Shown here piece by piece: positions 29,912-40,726 of a stretch of DNA of 64,000 nt; the stretch's first letter is position 1; every line of letters starts with the position of its first letter. Made by a program: the position numbers and the translations under genes. The stretch covers positions 2,048,001 to 2,112,000 of the forward strand of contig CAVZYA010000001.1 of NCBI GenBank assembly GCA_963779415.1. Direction: 5' to 3'. The DNA comes from an uncultured Acidobacteriota bacterium. GTDB lineage: Bacteria; Acidobacteriota; Thermoanaerobaculia; UBA5066. The notes under the pieces were generated by a model. That model saw nothing but the letters and a program-made list of their open reading frames with translations, searched no databases and had not been told where the DNA came from.

Positions 29912-32900
29912 GTCGCCTCCCTGTCGAGGAGCGCCGGCGGGACGGAGGCGAGGACGGACGGGCGCGCGAGCGCCGCGAGGAGGCGGGCCGCGAGCGCCGG
30001 GACCTCCTCCCCGGCCGGAAGGACCCCCGGAAAGGCGCGCGGCACGCGGAGCGCGTCGGGCCCGGCGGCGAGAAGCTCCCCTCTCTTGAGGCGCGAGAGG
30101 ACGCGGTCCGGGTCGAGGCGGTGGTCCGTCTCGAGCGTGGCATGCAGCTCCTCGCCGCGGCGCTGGATCGCCTTGACGCCGAGGGCCCGCGCGAGGAGCC
30201 GCAGCCTGGCGACGCCGAGGAGGCGGCCGAACTCCGGCGGCGCCGCGCCGAACCGGTCCGCCGCGTCCGCCGCCTCCGCGTCGAGCGCGGCGACGTCCCC
30301 GGCCGCGGCGATCTTCTTGTAGAGCGCCATCCGGAGGCTTTCGTCCGGGATCCATGCCGAAGGGAGCGCGAGGGGAAGGCCGAGCTGCAGCGTCACGTCG
30401 CGCGTCTGGGGGACCGGCTCGCCCTTCACCTCCGCCATCGCCTCCTCGAGGAGCCGGACGTACGTCTCGAACCCGACCGACTCGATGTGCCCGGACTGCT
30501 CCGCGCCGAGGAGCGAGCCGGCGCCGCGGATCTCGAGGTCCTTCGCGGCGATCCGGAACCCCGCGCCGAGGTCGGAGAACTCCTGGAGGACGCGGAGGCG
30601 CCGCCGCGCGTCGTCCGAGAGCGGCGCTCCCGGCGGGACGAGGAGCCAGCAGGACGCGGGCTTGTCGCTCCGCCCCACGCGCCCGCGGAGCTGATAGAGC
30701 TGAGCGAGGCCGTAGCGGTCGGCCCGGTCGATGAGCATCGTGTTCGCCGTCGGGATGTCGAGGCCGTTCTCCACGATCGTCGTCGCGAGGAGGAGGTCCG
30801 CGGCGCGTGTGACGAAGGAGCGCATCGCCCGCTCCAGCTCCCCTTCCGACATCTGTCCGTGCCCGACGACGACGCGCACGTGGGGAACGAGGGAGGCGAG
30901 CGTCTCGCGCCACGCGCCGAGACCGTCGATCCGGTTGTGGACGACGAAGATCTGTCCGCCCCGCTCCATCTCGGCCTCGATCGCCTCCTTCACCACCTCG
31001 TCGCTCGAGGGGACGACGTGCGTCGCCACGGCGAGGCGGTCCTTCGGGGGAGTCTCGATGACGGAGAGCTCGCGGATCCCGGCGAGCGAGAGGTGGAGCG
31101 AGCGCGGGATCGGCGTCGCGGACATGGCGAGGACGTCCACGGACGCCTTCATCTCCTTGATCCGCTCCTTCTGCGCGACGCCGAAGCGCTGCTCCTCGTC
31201 GACGACGAGGAGGCCGAGGTCCTTGAAGGCGACGTCCTTCGAGAGGAGCCGGTGGGTCCCGACGACGACGTCGAGCGTCCCCTCCTCGAGGCGCCGGAGG
31301 ACCGCGGCGATCTCCTCGCCCGATCGGAAGCGGGAGAGGAGGTCGATCGTGACCGGAAAGGCGGCGAATCGCCGCCGCAGCGTCCGGAAATGCTGGTCCG
31401 CGAGGATCGTCGTCGGGGCGAGGAAGGCGGCCTGCTTGCCGTCGAGGACGCACTTGAAGATCGCCCGCATCGCGACCTCGGTCTTCCCGTACCCGACGTC
31501 GCCGCAGAGGAGGCGGTCCATCGGCCGCTCCGACTCCATGTCGCGCTTCACGTCGCGGATCGCCGCGACCTGGTCCGGCGTCTCGGTGAACTCGAAGGCG
31601 TCCTCGAACTCCTTCTGCCACGGCGAGTCCTTCGAGAAGGAGTGCCCCGCCGCCGCCGCGCGGCGCGCGTAGAGCTTGACGAGCTGGTCCGCGAGGTCGC
31701 GGACCGCCTTCTTCACCCGCGACTTCCGCTTCTCCCAGCCCGTGCCGCCGAGACGGTCGAGCGGCGGAGGCGGCCCTTCCCCCGCGGAGGAGTACTTCTG
31801 GATCAGGTCGAGCCGCTCGACCGGGACGAGGAGCTTCGCGTCCCCGGCGTATCGAAGGTCGACCATCTCGCGCAGAAGGCCGGCGTCGTCGATCGTGACG
31901 AGCCCCGCGAACCGTCCGAGGCCGTAGTCGCGGTGGACGACGATGTCGCCGGGCTTGAGGTCGCGCAGGTCCGAGAGAAACGCCTCGGAGACGGCCTTCC
32001 GCTTCGGCGCGAAGGCCCGCGGCTCGCCGAAGAGGTCGCCCGCGGTGACGAGGAGGAGCCCCGCCGCGCGGAAGAGGAAGCCCGAGGCGGGCCCCCCCTC
32101 CGCGATCCGGCACCCGCCGGGGGCGAGCGGCGAGACCGCGTCCGTCGCGTGGTCGATCCCGTACTCGGTGAAGAGCCGCTCCACGTGCTCTCGCGCCCCT
32201 TTCGACGGCGCGGCGACGACGACCGAGAGCCCCTCCCGCCTCGCGCGGACGATCTCCTTCGCGGCGTCGGGGAGCCGGTCCTCGAAGGAGACGATCGACT
32301 CGGCGCCCAAAGCGAGGACGTCCCCGGCGGGGACCGCCGGCGCGAGGGCGAGGAGCGTCCGGGCCGCGAGGTCGGCCGCCACGCGGTCCGGGTCTCCCGC
32401 GAGGCGGATCGGGTCGGGGACGGCGCGCCCGGCCTCGCGCGCGCTCTCGTAGTCGAGGCGCAGGAGGTCCGCCGCCGCGGCGAGCTCCTGCGCCACGGCA
32501 TCCGGGTCGTCGGCCGCGAGGACGAAGCCGCGCGCGTGGTCGAGGACGTGCGCCGTCGCGACCCCTTCGGCAAGAAGCGGAAGCAGCTCCTCGAGGCCGT
32601 CGCTCTTTCGGGCGAGGGCGACGTCCCGGGGAAGCGGCGGCTCGTCCTCGGCCGTCCGGCAGGCATCGAGGACGCGCCGCGCCGCCGCGCGGGTCTCCTC
32701 CGTGTCTCGTCGTCGCCGCCATCGGCGGAAGAAGGACGGCGGCGAGAGAGCCCGTCGACCGCTGCGTGTCGGGGTCGAACGTCCGGATCGAGGCGACGCG
32801 GTCGCCGTCCAGCTCGATCCGGACCGGTTCGGGAAGGTGCGGTGGGAAGACGTCCACGAGGCCGCCACGCACCGCCACGTCGCCGCACTCCGTCACGAGG

Positions 32901-33425
32901 TCGGCCCGGAGATACCCCTCCGAGAGGAGCGGCGAAAGAAGGCGCGCCGGCGAAAGCTCGTCTCCCCCGGAGACGCGCATCCCCCGCCGGGCGAACTCCT
33001 CGGGGAGCGGGAGGATCCGGAGGAGCGCGCGCGCCGGGACGACGAGGACGTCCGGCTCGGCGAGGAGGAGACGGGCGAGCGCGCCGAACTCCTCGCGGCG
33101 CACTTTGAGCGACGGCGCGATTCCCTGATACGGCGTCAGCGACGGCGCCGGAAAGTACGCCACGCGCGCGGCGCCGAGGACCGCCTCGGCGTCGCGCCGG
33201 AAGGCGAGCGCGTCGCGCTCGTGCGCGAAGACGGCGGCGACGCGGAGGCCGAGGGGTACGGCCGCGGCGTCGAGAAGGTACGGCAGGAGCCCCGGCGGAG
33301 CCCCGACGAGCGACACGACGCCCTCCCGCGTCCCGAGGACCCCCTCCTCGAGCCGCGCCGTGAGGCGCGCCACCGGCTCCGCGGCGGCGATCGCGTCGAC
33401 GAGCGGGTCTCCCCCGCCGCTGCAC
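29908..33425 (-). CDS. mfd: Transcription-repair coupling factor Mfd; frameshift near 32710 and probably near 33413
   Basis: RGGLVDVFP, RTFDPDTQRS, VHRDYGLG, CGDVGYGKT, DEEQRFG, SATPIPR, QLRGRVGR and DLEIRGAG. The start is either GTG 33373 or GTG 33425 with one indel. Confidence 0.95.
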
Positions 33426-33474
33426 GGAGGGATTATGACGGCGGCGGTAGACTTCCGCCCGCCTGGGCTTCGCG

Positions 33475-34021
33475 TTGAGACGCACTCTCCTTCCGACGCT
33501 CGCCGCCTTCCTCCTTCCCGCGCTGCCGCCTTCGACCGCCGCTGCCGGATGCGGCTACGACGGGATGCTCGCGGGGGACGGCGTGACGGTCCGCGTCGCC
33601 GTCCCGGAGAAGGAGCTCTGCTCGATCGGGACTTACACCGTCACGTTCACGCGGAAGGGAGCCCCCCCGCAGGTCGTGAAGCTGAAGCGGGACGGGACGG
33701 TCTCGAACGTCTTCTTCGAGGACGTGACCGGAGACGGCAAGCGGGACCTCGTCGTCTTCTTCACCTCGGCCGGGAGCGGCGCGTACGGGCGGCTCGACAT
33801 CTGGGAGTGGAAAGTGGACCGGTTCAGGGCGGGGATCGTCTCGGACCTGATGCCCGACCAACGGACGGGCTATCAGGGACACGATCTCTTCACGGCGGCC
33901 GCCGGCGTCCTCCGGCGCCGCATTCCCGCTCTACCGGGAGGGGGACGCGGCCTGCTGCCCGTCGGGCGGGACGGCGGCCTTCCGCTGGGATGCGAAGACG
34001 AACATCTGGGTTCGCGAATAG
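33475..34021 (+). CDS. Secreted PliI-like (I-type lysozyme inhibitor family) protein; frameshift near 33918
   Basis: Signal peptide, SIGTYTV, RDGTV and DVTGDGKRDLVVFFTSAGSGAY. After the shift it reads FPLYREGDAACCPSGG...WVRE, ending at TAG 34019-34021. Confidence 0.6.
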
Positions 34022-34055
34022 CCCGGCAAGATCCGGAGCCGCCGCACCCTTTTCG

Positions 34056-37000
34056 TCAGGGCAAGGTGACGATGGCGAGGCCCCCCTCCGACACGGTGAA
34101 GCTCCGCTGGGAGCCTCCGGTGACCGAGAGGACGTAGCTTCCGGGGGCGAGGTTGTCGAGCCGCCGGACCGGCGTCGAGACGGCGAAGCTCCCGTCCGCG
34201 CTGAAGAGGTTGAGCGGATACGGCACTCCCGCAGCCGTCACGATCTGCATCCGGGCGGTCCCGCTTGCGAGCGTCTGCGGCCCGGAGTGGATCTCCACGC
34301 TCCCTCCCGGCGTCAGCGAGACCGTGACGGGGGCCGAGGGGACCGTGATCCCCGGGATCGTCGTGACGGCGTAGCCGCTCGCGCTCGCCATCAGCGTGTA
34401 GGTCCCCGGCGGGAGGGACGGGATCTCGCCGAGCCCGTTTCCGTCGAGCGTGATGGCGCCCGTGAAGACGGGGGCGCGGGTGCTGTCGAGGACCCGGGCC
34501 ATCAGCCCGTGAAGAGGGACACCGTAGGCACCGTCCCGGCCGATGACGCCGATCCCCTCGCCCCGGTTCATCTGGAGGGTGAGTCCGTCGGTCCCCTGCT
34601 CGGCCGCCGTGACGTCCTGCTTCGTGAAGACGTAGTCGGGCTTCTGGATGTTCACGGTGTAGCTGACGGGGTCGAGGTCCGTGATCAGAAAGGCTCCGTT
34701 GCTGTCGGTGGTCGCCGACCGGGCCATTCGCCCTCCGGCGGGAGCGGCGTTCGGATCGGCCGTCGCGATCTGGACGACGGCATTCGGGAGCGGCATCGTC
34801 GCCTGCGCGTCCACGACGATCCCCCCGAGCTTCGCCGACGGGAACGCGATGTCGACGGACTGGTCCCCCGAGAGCGTCACCTGCTGGCTCCTCGTCGACC
34901 CGCCGAGGACGTTCGACATCGCCAGGACGTTGTAGGTTCCCGCCGTCAGCCCTTCCATCTGGTACGAGCCGCCGTCGTCCGTTTGCGAGGAAGCCTGCCG
35001 CCCGCCGCCGCCAATCAGGTTCGCGACGACCGTGACGCCCGGAAGAGGCTGGCCGCCTCGGGTCACGCGTCCCGAGAGAGTGAAGCCGGCGTCGAAGACG
35101 ACCTCCGTCTCCACGACCGGCTGGCCGTCGGGCATCTCGACCTGCTTGAGGACACTGCGGGACGAACCGGCGAAGTTTCCAGCCGTCGCGCGGAGGGTCG
35201 CGGTCCCGACCGGAACGCCGGAGAACTGGAAGCGCCCGTCTGCGCCGGTCTTCGTCGTCCCGCCGTACGAATCGGCTCCGCTCACCGTGATCGTCATCCC
35301 GTTCTTCCAGGAATCGGGGATGCCGCTCACGACCCCCTGCAGGGTCGCGCCGGCCGCGATCTGGAGGACGGCGTCGTCGCGTGACTGGCCGTCCTGAAGA
35401 ATGATCGTCTGCGTCTGACTGGACCGGTTCTGGAGCGAAGCGACGAGGCTGTACCGCCCTGACGAGAGGTGATCGAACCGGAAGTGCCCCGAGGCGTCGG
35501 CCACGGCGGACTGCCCGCCGCCGAGCATTCCACGGCCGAAGCCGGTGTCGCCCGCCGACTGGAGGACGACACTGGCCCCCGGGAGGGGCTGCTGCGCGTC
35601 CGAAAGGACCATGCCGCCGAGCGCGCTTCCCGGGGTCAGCTTGATCTCGGCAGTGGCCGTCCCCGCCTTGACGTCGACCGTCTGGGTCGCGTCCGCGTAG
35701 TCCGGATGCTTGACGGTCAGTGAGACCTTTCCGGGGACGAGGCCGTCGAGGAGAAAGGCCCCGTCCGCATCGGTCGTGGTCTCCTCGTCGCTCGTCGCGC
35801 CGGCGAGAAGGGCGAGCGGACCGCCGCCGGCGCCCGCTGTGCTGTGCGTCACGGTGGCGTTCGGAACCGGACTGCCGGAGACCGAGTCGAGAGCGCGCCC
35901 CTTGAGCGTGCTTCCGGGGGAGAGCTTCACCTCGACGTCCGGGACGGTCCCTCCTTCCTCGACGACGACGTTTCCCGCTCGCGCAGGCTGATACCCCTTC
36001 GCGTCGACGACCACGGACCACGTTCCGGGCGGGACGTCGTCGAGCTGGAACGTTCCGTCGTCCGACCGGATCTCGGTCTTCTCTCCGATTCCGGTGACGC
36101 GCTGCCCCGCCACCTGGTTCACGATACGGAAGAGGCCTCCGCCGCCCATCCGCTCCGGTTCATAGGAGATGGTGTACTCGGAGACCGGCTGTCCTGTCCG
36201 CGCGTCGACGGCGCGCCCCGTGATCCGCCCGCTTCCCGCGACGACGATCTCGACGCCGTCGGCCGGCGGGAGGACGTTCTTCCGCGACGGGCCTATTCCC
36301 GGTCCGCCGAAGAGCTGGAGGTCGTACGGCTTTCCGGGCTTGAGTCCCTCGAGGACGAAGAGGCCGTCCGAGCCGGTCGGATTGAGATTCGCTCGTGTGC
36401 GAGGCCCGATGGGCGACGTGCCGGCCTCGCTCGCGACGACCGACCACCCTTCGGCGGGCGCGCCGCTCCGGAGCCGGACGACGCCCGTGATCGCCGCGCC
36501 CGGGCCGAGAGTGACGGCGAGCGCTTCCGGCGAGCCGGTCTCGGGCACCTTCACGGGATCGATCCGCTCGGTGGCATATCCGCTCTTCCGGACAAAGAGC
36601 GTGTAGTCCCCCGGGGAGAATCCGCGGATCTCGAACCGGCCGTCCGCGCTCGTCCTGACGGGCGGGCGCCCGCCCGCTCCGCCAGCGCCCGGGAGGATGT
36701 TGATCCGGGCCGCGGCGCCGCCGCGCCCACCGCGGAAGTTCATCCCCTGCTGGACCTCGGCCTCGGCACCCTCCACGGGATTGCCATCCTTGTCCCGGAC
36801 GACGCCGGTGATGACCGCCCCGCGGTGGAGGACGACGGTCATGGTCGGCGACGTCTGTCCGGGGAGGAGGTTCATCCCGCCGACGGTCGACGCCACGTAA
36901 TCGGGATGGCTGACGGTCAGCCGCTGGTTCTCGCCGGGAGCGAGGCGCGAGGCGCGGAACGTTCCGTCGGCGGCCGACCGGAAGACAGGCGTCACTCCCC

Positions 37001-38261
37001 CCGTCCGGACCTGGCGGAGGAGCGCCGCGAGCCCGGTCATCGTGGCCGGCGCGAGCGCTCCCTGCGCTCCCTTTACGGGCTGTCCGTTCTCGTCCGTGAC
37101 GCGTCCGACGAGCGTGGCACCGGGAACGAGCGGAGCGTCCAGCTTTCTCGACTCTCCGGCGGCGATCTGGATCTCTTTCTTGAAGAGGACGTATCGCGGC
37201 TCGTCGGCCTGGAAGCCCCACGCGCCCGGGAGAATCGGCGCGAGGACGTACCGGCCATCCGGGCCGGAGCGGACCGCACGCCGCAGGTTCCCCCGGCCGA
37301 CGCTCACCTTTGCGCGAGGGACGGCCCGAAGAGTCTTCGCGTCGACGACGCGCCCCTCCAGCGAGGCGGGGGGCGAGAGAGAGACGGTGACGACCTTTCC
37401 CTCCGGAAGGGGAAAGACGAGGCCCGTCGTCTCCCCGAAGCCGGAGGCGCCGGCATCGGCGACGAGCGTTCCTCTTCCGGGCGCGACGTCGGGAATCGTG
37501 AAGCCGCCGTCGGGACCGGCTTCCACCCAGCGTGTCTCGGTCCGCTCCTCGAAGCGGACGAGCGCGCCGGCCGCGCTCTTTCCCGGGAGCGGCCTGACCT
37601 GGCCCGTGAACGCGGCCCCGGCGGAAAGGACGATCGGCCTCAGCAGGGCGCCCGCGCGCGGCAGGCTCTCCGAGAAGGCCGCAAAGCCCGCCTTCTCGAT
37701 CCGGAGAGTGTTCGTGCCGGCGCTCGCGGCGGCGCCGTCGAGACGAAAGGTCCCGTCGGCGCCCGTCGTCGTCGAGACCGGTGCGGGCGAGAGATCGGCG
37801 TCCCCGGGCGTCGTGGCGCGGAGAGTCACGGAGGCCCCCGCGACCGGCTGCCCGGAGCGGTTCACGACCGTCCCGGCGAGCACGACGCCCGACGCGAGGA
37901 CGTGCTCGCCGAGGTCGGCAGATTCCGACGACTCGAAGACGCCGTCGAACTCCACCGCCCGGATTCCCCCTCCGGCCATCCGGACGACGACGCTCTTCGG
38001 CGGGTCGGCGGCGATCGCAAGAGCGAAGCTCCCGTCCGTGCCCGTGACCGTGCTCGTCACGGCTTTCGGCTCCTCGCCCCCTCTCGCCTGCCGTCGGGCG
38101 GCGTCGAGAGGAGGCTCGTAGGGAACGGCGAAGACGGAGATGCCCGCTGCCGGTTTCTGGTCGAGGACGAGGTGCCCCCGGATTTCGCCGGCGTGGGCCG
38201 GAGAAGCCGCGAGAGCAACGAGGACGGCGACAAGCGGAAACGCAAACCGGCGCGCCTGCAT
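34056..38261 (-). CDS. Large secreted protein made of tandem carboxypeptidase-regulatory-like (transthyretin-like beta-sandwich) repeats
   Basis: Signal peptide MQARRFAFPLVAVLVALAASPAHA and more than ten repeats of G-x-V-x-D-xx-G-x-P-V-xx-A-x-V...T-xx-DG-x-F...PG-x-Y; about 1400 aa. Confidence 0.85.
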   Translation of the reverse strand: MQARRFAFPLVAVLVALAASPAHAGEIRGHLVLDQKPAAGISVFAVPYEPPLDAARRQARGGEEPKAVTSTVTGTDGSFALAIAADPPKSVVVRMAGGGIRAVEFDGVFESSESADLGEHVLASGVVLAGTVVNRSGQPVAGASVTLRATTPGDADLSPAPVSTTTGADGTFRLDGAAASAGTNTLRIEKAGFAAFSESLPRAGALLRPIVLSAGAAFTGQVRPLPGKSAAGALVRFEERTETRWVEAGPDGGFTIPDVAPGRGTLVADAGASGFGETTGLVFPLPEGKVVTVSLSPPASLEGRVVDAKTLRAVPRAKVSVGRGNLRRAVRSGPDGRYVLAPILPGAWGFQADEPRYVLFKKEIQIAAGESRKLDAPLVPGATLVGRVTDENGQPVKGAQGALAPATMTGLAALLRQVRTGGVTPVFRSAADGTFRASRLAPGENQRLTVSHPDYVASTVGGMNLLPGQTSPTMTVVLHRGAVITGVVRDKDGNPVEGAEAEVQQGMNFRGGRGGAAARINILPGAGGAGGRPPVRTSADGRFEIRGFSPGDYTLFVRKSGYATERIDPVKVPETGSPEALAVTLGPGAAITGVVRLRSGAPAEGWSVVASEAGTSPIGPRTRANLNPTGSDGLFVLEGLKPGKPYDLQLFGGPGIGPSRKNVLPPADGVEIVVAGSGRITGRAVDARTGQPVSEYTISYEPERMGGGGLFRIVNQVAGQRVTGIGEKTEIRSDDGTFQLDDVPPGTWSVVVDAKGYQPARAGNVVVEEGGTVPDVEVKLSPGSTLKGRALDSVSGSPVPNATVTHSTAGAGGGPLALLAGATSDEETTTDADGAFLLDGLVPGKVSLTVKHPDYADATQTVDVKAGTATAEIKLTPGSALGGMVLSDAQQPLPGASVVLQSAGDTGFGRGMLGGGQSAVADASGHFRFDHLSSGRYSLVASLQNRSSQTQTIILQDGQSRDDAVLQIAAGATLQGVVSGIPDSWKNGMTITVSGADSYGGTTKTGADGRFQFSGVPVGTATLRATAGNFAGSSRSVLKQVEMPDGQPVVETEVVFDAGFTLSGRVTRGGQPLPGVTVVANLIGGGGRQASSQTDDGGSYQMEGLTAGTYNVLAMSNVLGGSTRSQQVTLSGDQSVDIAFPSAKLGGIVVDAQATMPLPNAVVQIATADPNAAPAGGRMARSATTDSNGAFLITDLDPVSYTVNIQKPDYVFTKQDVTAAEQGTDGLTLQMNRGEGIGVIGRDGAYGVPLHGLMARVLDSTRAPVFTGAITLDGNGLGEIPSLPPGTYTLMASASGYAVTTIPGITVPSAPVTVSLTPGGSVEIHSGPQTLASGTARMQIVTAAGVPYPLNLFSADGSFAVSTPVRRLDNLAPGSYVLSVTGGSQRSFTVSEGGLAIVTLP

Positions 38262-38330
38262 CACGGAAGACCCCCTCCGTCTGAAGTATGGACGCGGGAA
38301 CCAGCCCCGAGGTTGCGGTCTAATCCAGGG

Positions 38331-39239
38331 GTGCGGCGCTCCTACTCCCCTCCGGGCGACCTCTTGAGAATCGAGGCCGACGACCGCCGCCTGCACGATC
38401 TCGCGAGCCGGCTCTGGGAAGCCGCGAACGAAGGGCCGGGCGCCATCGAGTTCCGGATCGAGTCGTTCGAGGGAGCGGCACCCGACGAGAAGGCGGAGCG
38501 TTCGGTGACCTGGTCACGTGCCCCGCGCGCCTTCCGCGTGGCCGCTCCCGGGCTCGTCGACCTCCGGATCGATCTCGACGCCGCCCGCGTCTCCGGACGC
38601 GTCTCGTCGAAGCTCCTCTCCGAGGCGCCCGACCTCGCCTCCCGCACGGTCCTCGAGGCCCCCGCGGCCGTCCTTCTCGGAGAGCGCGGGTGGCAGATCG
38701 TGCATGCCGGCGCCGCCGTTGGCCGGCGTGGTGCCGTCGTCCTCCGGGGCGCCGCGGGAGCCGGCAAGTCGACCCTCATCGCCGCCCTCCACGCCGCCAG
38801 GCTCTCCATCCTCACTGACGAGAGCCTCTTCGTCTCGCGGGTCGATCCGGTCCGGATCGCCGCCGCCGTCCGGGACCTGACGCTCCTCCCGGAGAGCCTC
38901 TCCCTCCTCCCCTCCGGCACCCGGACCCGTTGGGCTTTCTCGGGGGGCGAGGTCAAGCAGCGAATCGACCTCTTCTCCGAGAGCGTGCCGCACCTGCGCG
39001 AGGCGCGACTCGCCGCCGCCGTCCTCCTCGGAGACCGGAACCGGACCCCGGCCCTGCTCGTCCCCCTTTCGCCCGAGGAGTTCGAGGACGCCTTCCGCGA
39101 CGGCGAGATCCCACGCGAGCGCGAAACCGGAGATACCGGCTTCGTGGCCCGCGCCTGGGGACGCCGGGGAGGATTCCGCCTCGACGGGGCCCGGGACCTC
39201 GCCGGGGCGGTCTCGATCCTGGAAACCATCATGCGATAA
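38331..39239 (+). CDS. HPr kinase-related P-loop kinase
   Basis: VHAGAA...VLRGAAGAGKST...ILTDE (His, Walker A and acidic pair of the HprK/PEPCK-like family), in the C-terminal part of ORF 35844..39239. Start GTG 38331 is inferred. Confidence 0.75.
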   Translation: MRRSYSPPGDLLRIEADDRRLHDLASRLWEAANEGPGAIEFRIESFEGAAPDEKAERSVTWSRAPRAFRVAAPGLVDLRIDLDAARVSGRVSSKLLSEAPDLASRTVLEAPAAVLLGERGWQIVHAGAAVGRRGAVVLRGAAGAGKSTLIAALHAARLSILTDESLFVSRVDPVRIAAAVRDLTLLPESLSLLPSGTRTRWAFSGGEVKQRIDLFSESVPHLREARLAAAVLLGDRNRTPALLVPLSPEEFEDAFRDGEIPRERETGDTGFVARAWGRRGGFRLDGARDLAGAVSILETIMR

Positions 39240-39257
39240 GATTGAGACAGGGTCTCA
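39237..39257 (+). promoter_or_regulatory. Possible -10 box followed by a palindromic operator or hairpin before the first radical SAM gene
   Basis: TAAGAT 39237-39242, then TGAGAC-AGG-GTCTCA 39243-39257 overlapping the ATG. Confidence 0.35.
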
Positions 39258-40726
39258 TGCGGACAGGCCGCCGTGTCCTTCTCGCGCATTCCTTCTTCGT
39301 CGCTCTCGACGCGAAGCAGACGAGGAAGATGAAGCCCTACCCGCCGCTCGCCACCCTGATCGCGGCCTCGGTCCTTCGTGAGGCCGGGGACAGGGTCTCG
39401 CTCTTCGACGCCACCCTCTCGTCCGGCGAGGAGGAGTTCGGAAGTGCGCTCGGGACGGTGAAGCCGGACGTGGTCGGCCTCCTCGAGGACAACTTCAACT
39501 TCCTGACGAAGATGTGCACCACCCGGATGCGGGAGGCCGCGCTACGGATGATCCGGATGGCGAGGGAGGCCCGCGTCCCGATCGTGGTGAACGGATCGGA
39601 CGCCTCGGACCGGCCGGAGATCTACCTCGGGGCGGGGGCCGACGCCGTGATCCTGGGGGAGACGGAACGGACGCTGCCCGAGCTTCTCGACGCGCTCTCG
39701 GGAGGCTCCTCCCGCGACCTCAGCGGGCTCGCCGGCCTCGCTCTCCCCGGGCCTTCCGGGACCGTCTCGCGGACCGCGCCGCGCCCGTTCGTGAACGATC
39801 TCGATGCTTTGCCGCTGCCGGCCTGGGACCTCGTCGACGTCACCAGGTACCGATTGGCCTGGGAAGCCGCGCACGGCCGTCTCTCCTGGAATGTCGTCAC
39901 GACACGCGGCTGCCCGTTCCACTGCAACTGGTGCGCGAAGCCGCTCTACGGCGTCCGCTACGCGCAGCGAAGCCCGGGCGCCGTGGCGAAGGAGCTGCTC
40001 CGGCTGAAAGGGTTCGTCGACCCCGGCCACATCTGGTTCGCCGACGACATCTTCGGCCTGACGCCGCGCTGGATCGAGTCGTTCGCCGAGGAGGTCTCCG
40101 CGCGGGGCGCGAGGATTCCTTTCACGATGCAGTCCCGCGCCGATCTGATGACCCCCTCCGCCGTGGCCGCTCTCGCCGCATCCGGGTGTGAGGAGGTCTG
40201 GATGGGGGTCGAGTCGGGCTCGCAGAAGATCCTCGATGCGATGGACAAGGGGATCCGCGTCGGGCAGGTCCGCCGCGCCACCCGTCTTCTCCGGGAACGC
40301 GGCATACGGGTGGGCTGGTTCCTTCAGCTCGGCTATTCCGGCGAGGTGTGGGAGGACCTGCTCGAGACGCGCGATCTGCTCCGCTCCGAGCGCCCCGACG
40401 ACATCGGGGTCTCGGTCGCGTATCCGCTCCCCGGCACCCTGTTCCACGAGCGGGTGAAGGCGCAGCTCACGGCCCGGACGAACTGGACGAACACCGACGA
40501 TCTCGCCATGCTCTTCGAAGGGACGTATTCGAGCGATTTCTACCGACAGGTGCGGGATCTCCTCCACGCCGAGGCCTTCGCCTTCAAGGCGCCGCACTCC
40601 GATCTCGCGGCCGCGGGGATCGACGCCGCCTGGGCCGATCTGGGACGTCAGGAGGCCGCGGACCGCTCCCGCCGTTCCGGCCGGCGCGAGGAGGGACTCC
40701 TCAGGGCGGCCGGCGGCGGTCCTTGA
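39257..40726 (+). CDS. Cobalamin-binding radical SAM enzyme (BchE/class B-like) 1
   Basis: YPPLATL, B12-binding domain (DAVILGETE), TRGCPFHCNWC, FADDIF, GVESGSQ and YPLPGT. Confidence 0.92.
   Translation: MRTGRRVLLAHSFFVALDAKQTRKMKPYPPLATLIAASVLREAGDRVSLFDATLSSGEEEFGSALGTVKPDVVGLLEDNFNFLTKMCTTRMREAALRMIRMAREARVPIVVNGSDASDRPEIYLGAGADAVILGETERTLPELLDALSGGSSRDLSGLAGLALPGPSGTVSRTAPRPFVNDLDALPLPAWDLVDVTRYRLAWEAAHGRLSWNVVTTRGCPFHCNWCAKPLYGVRYAQRSPGAVAKELLRLKGFVDPGHIWFADDIFGLTPRWIESFAEEVSARGARIPFTMQSRADLMTPSAVAALAASGCEEVWMGVESGSQKILDAMDKGIRVGQVRRATRLLRERGIRVGWFLQLGYSGEVWEDLLETRDLLRSERPDDIGVSVAYPLPGTLFHERVKAQLTARTNWTNTDDLAMLFEGTYSSDFYRQVRDLLHAEAFAFKAPHSDLAAAGIDAAWADLGRQEAADRSRRSGRREEGLLRAAGGGP

Noticed and set aside
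29018-33373. Apparent 1451-aa Mfd-PPIase fusion ORF
   Set aside because: Artefact: the Mfd N-terminus shifts frame near 32710 and runs through a stop-free shadow frame into the PPIase, which has its own ATG (29911) and lipobox.
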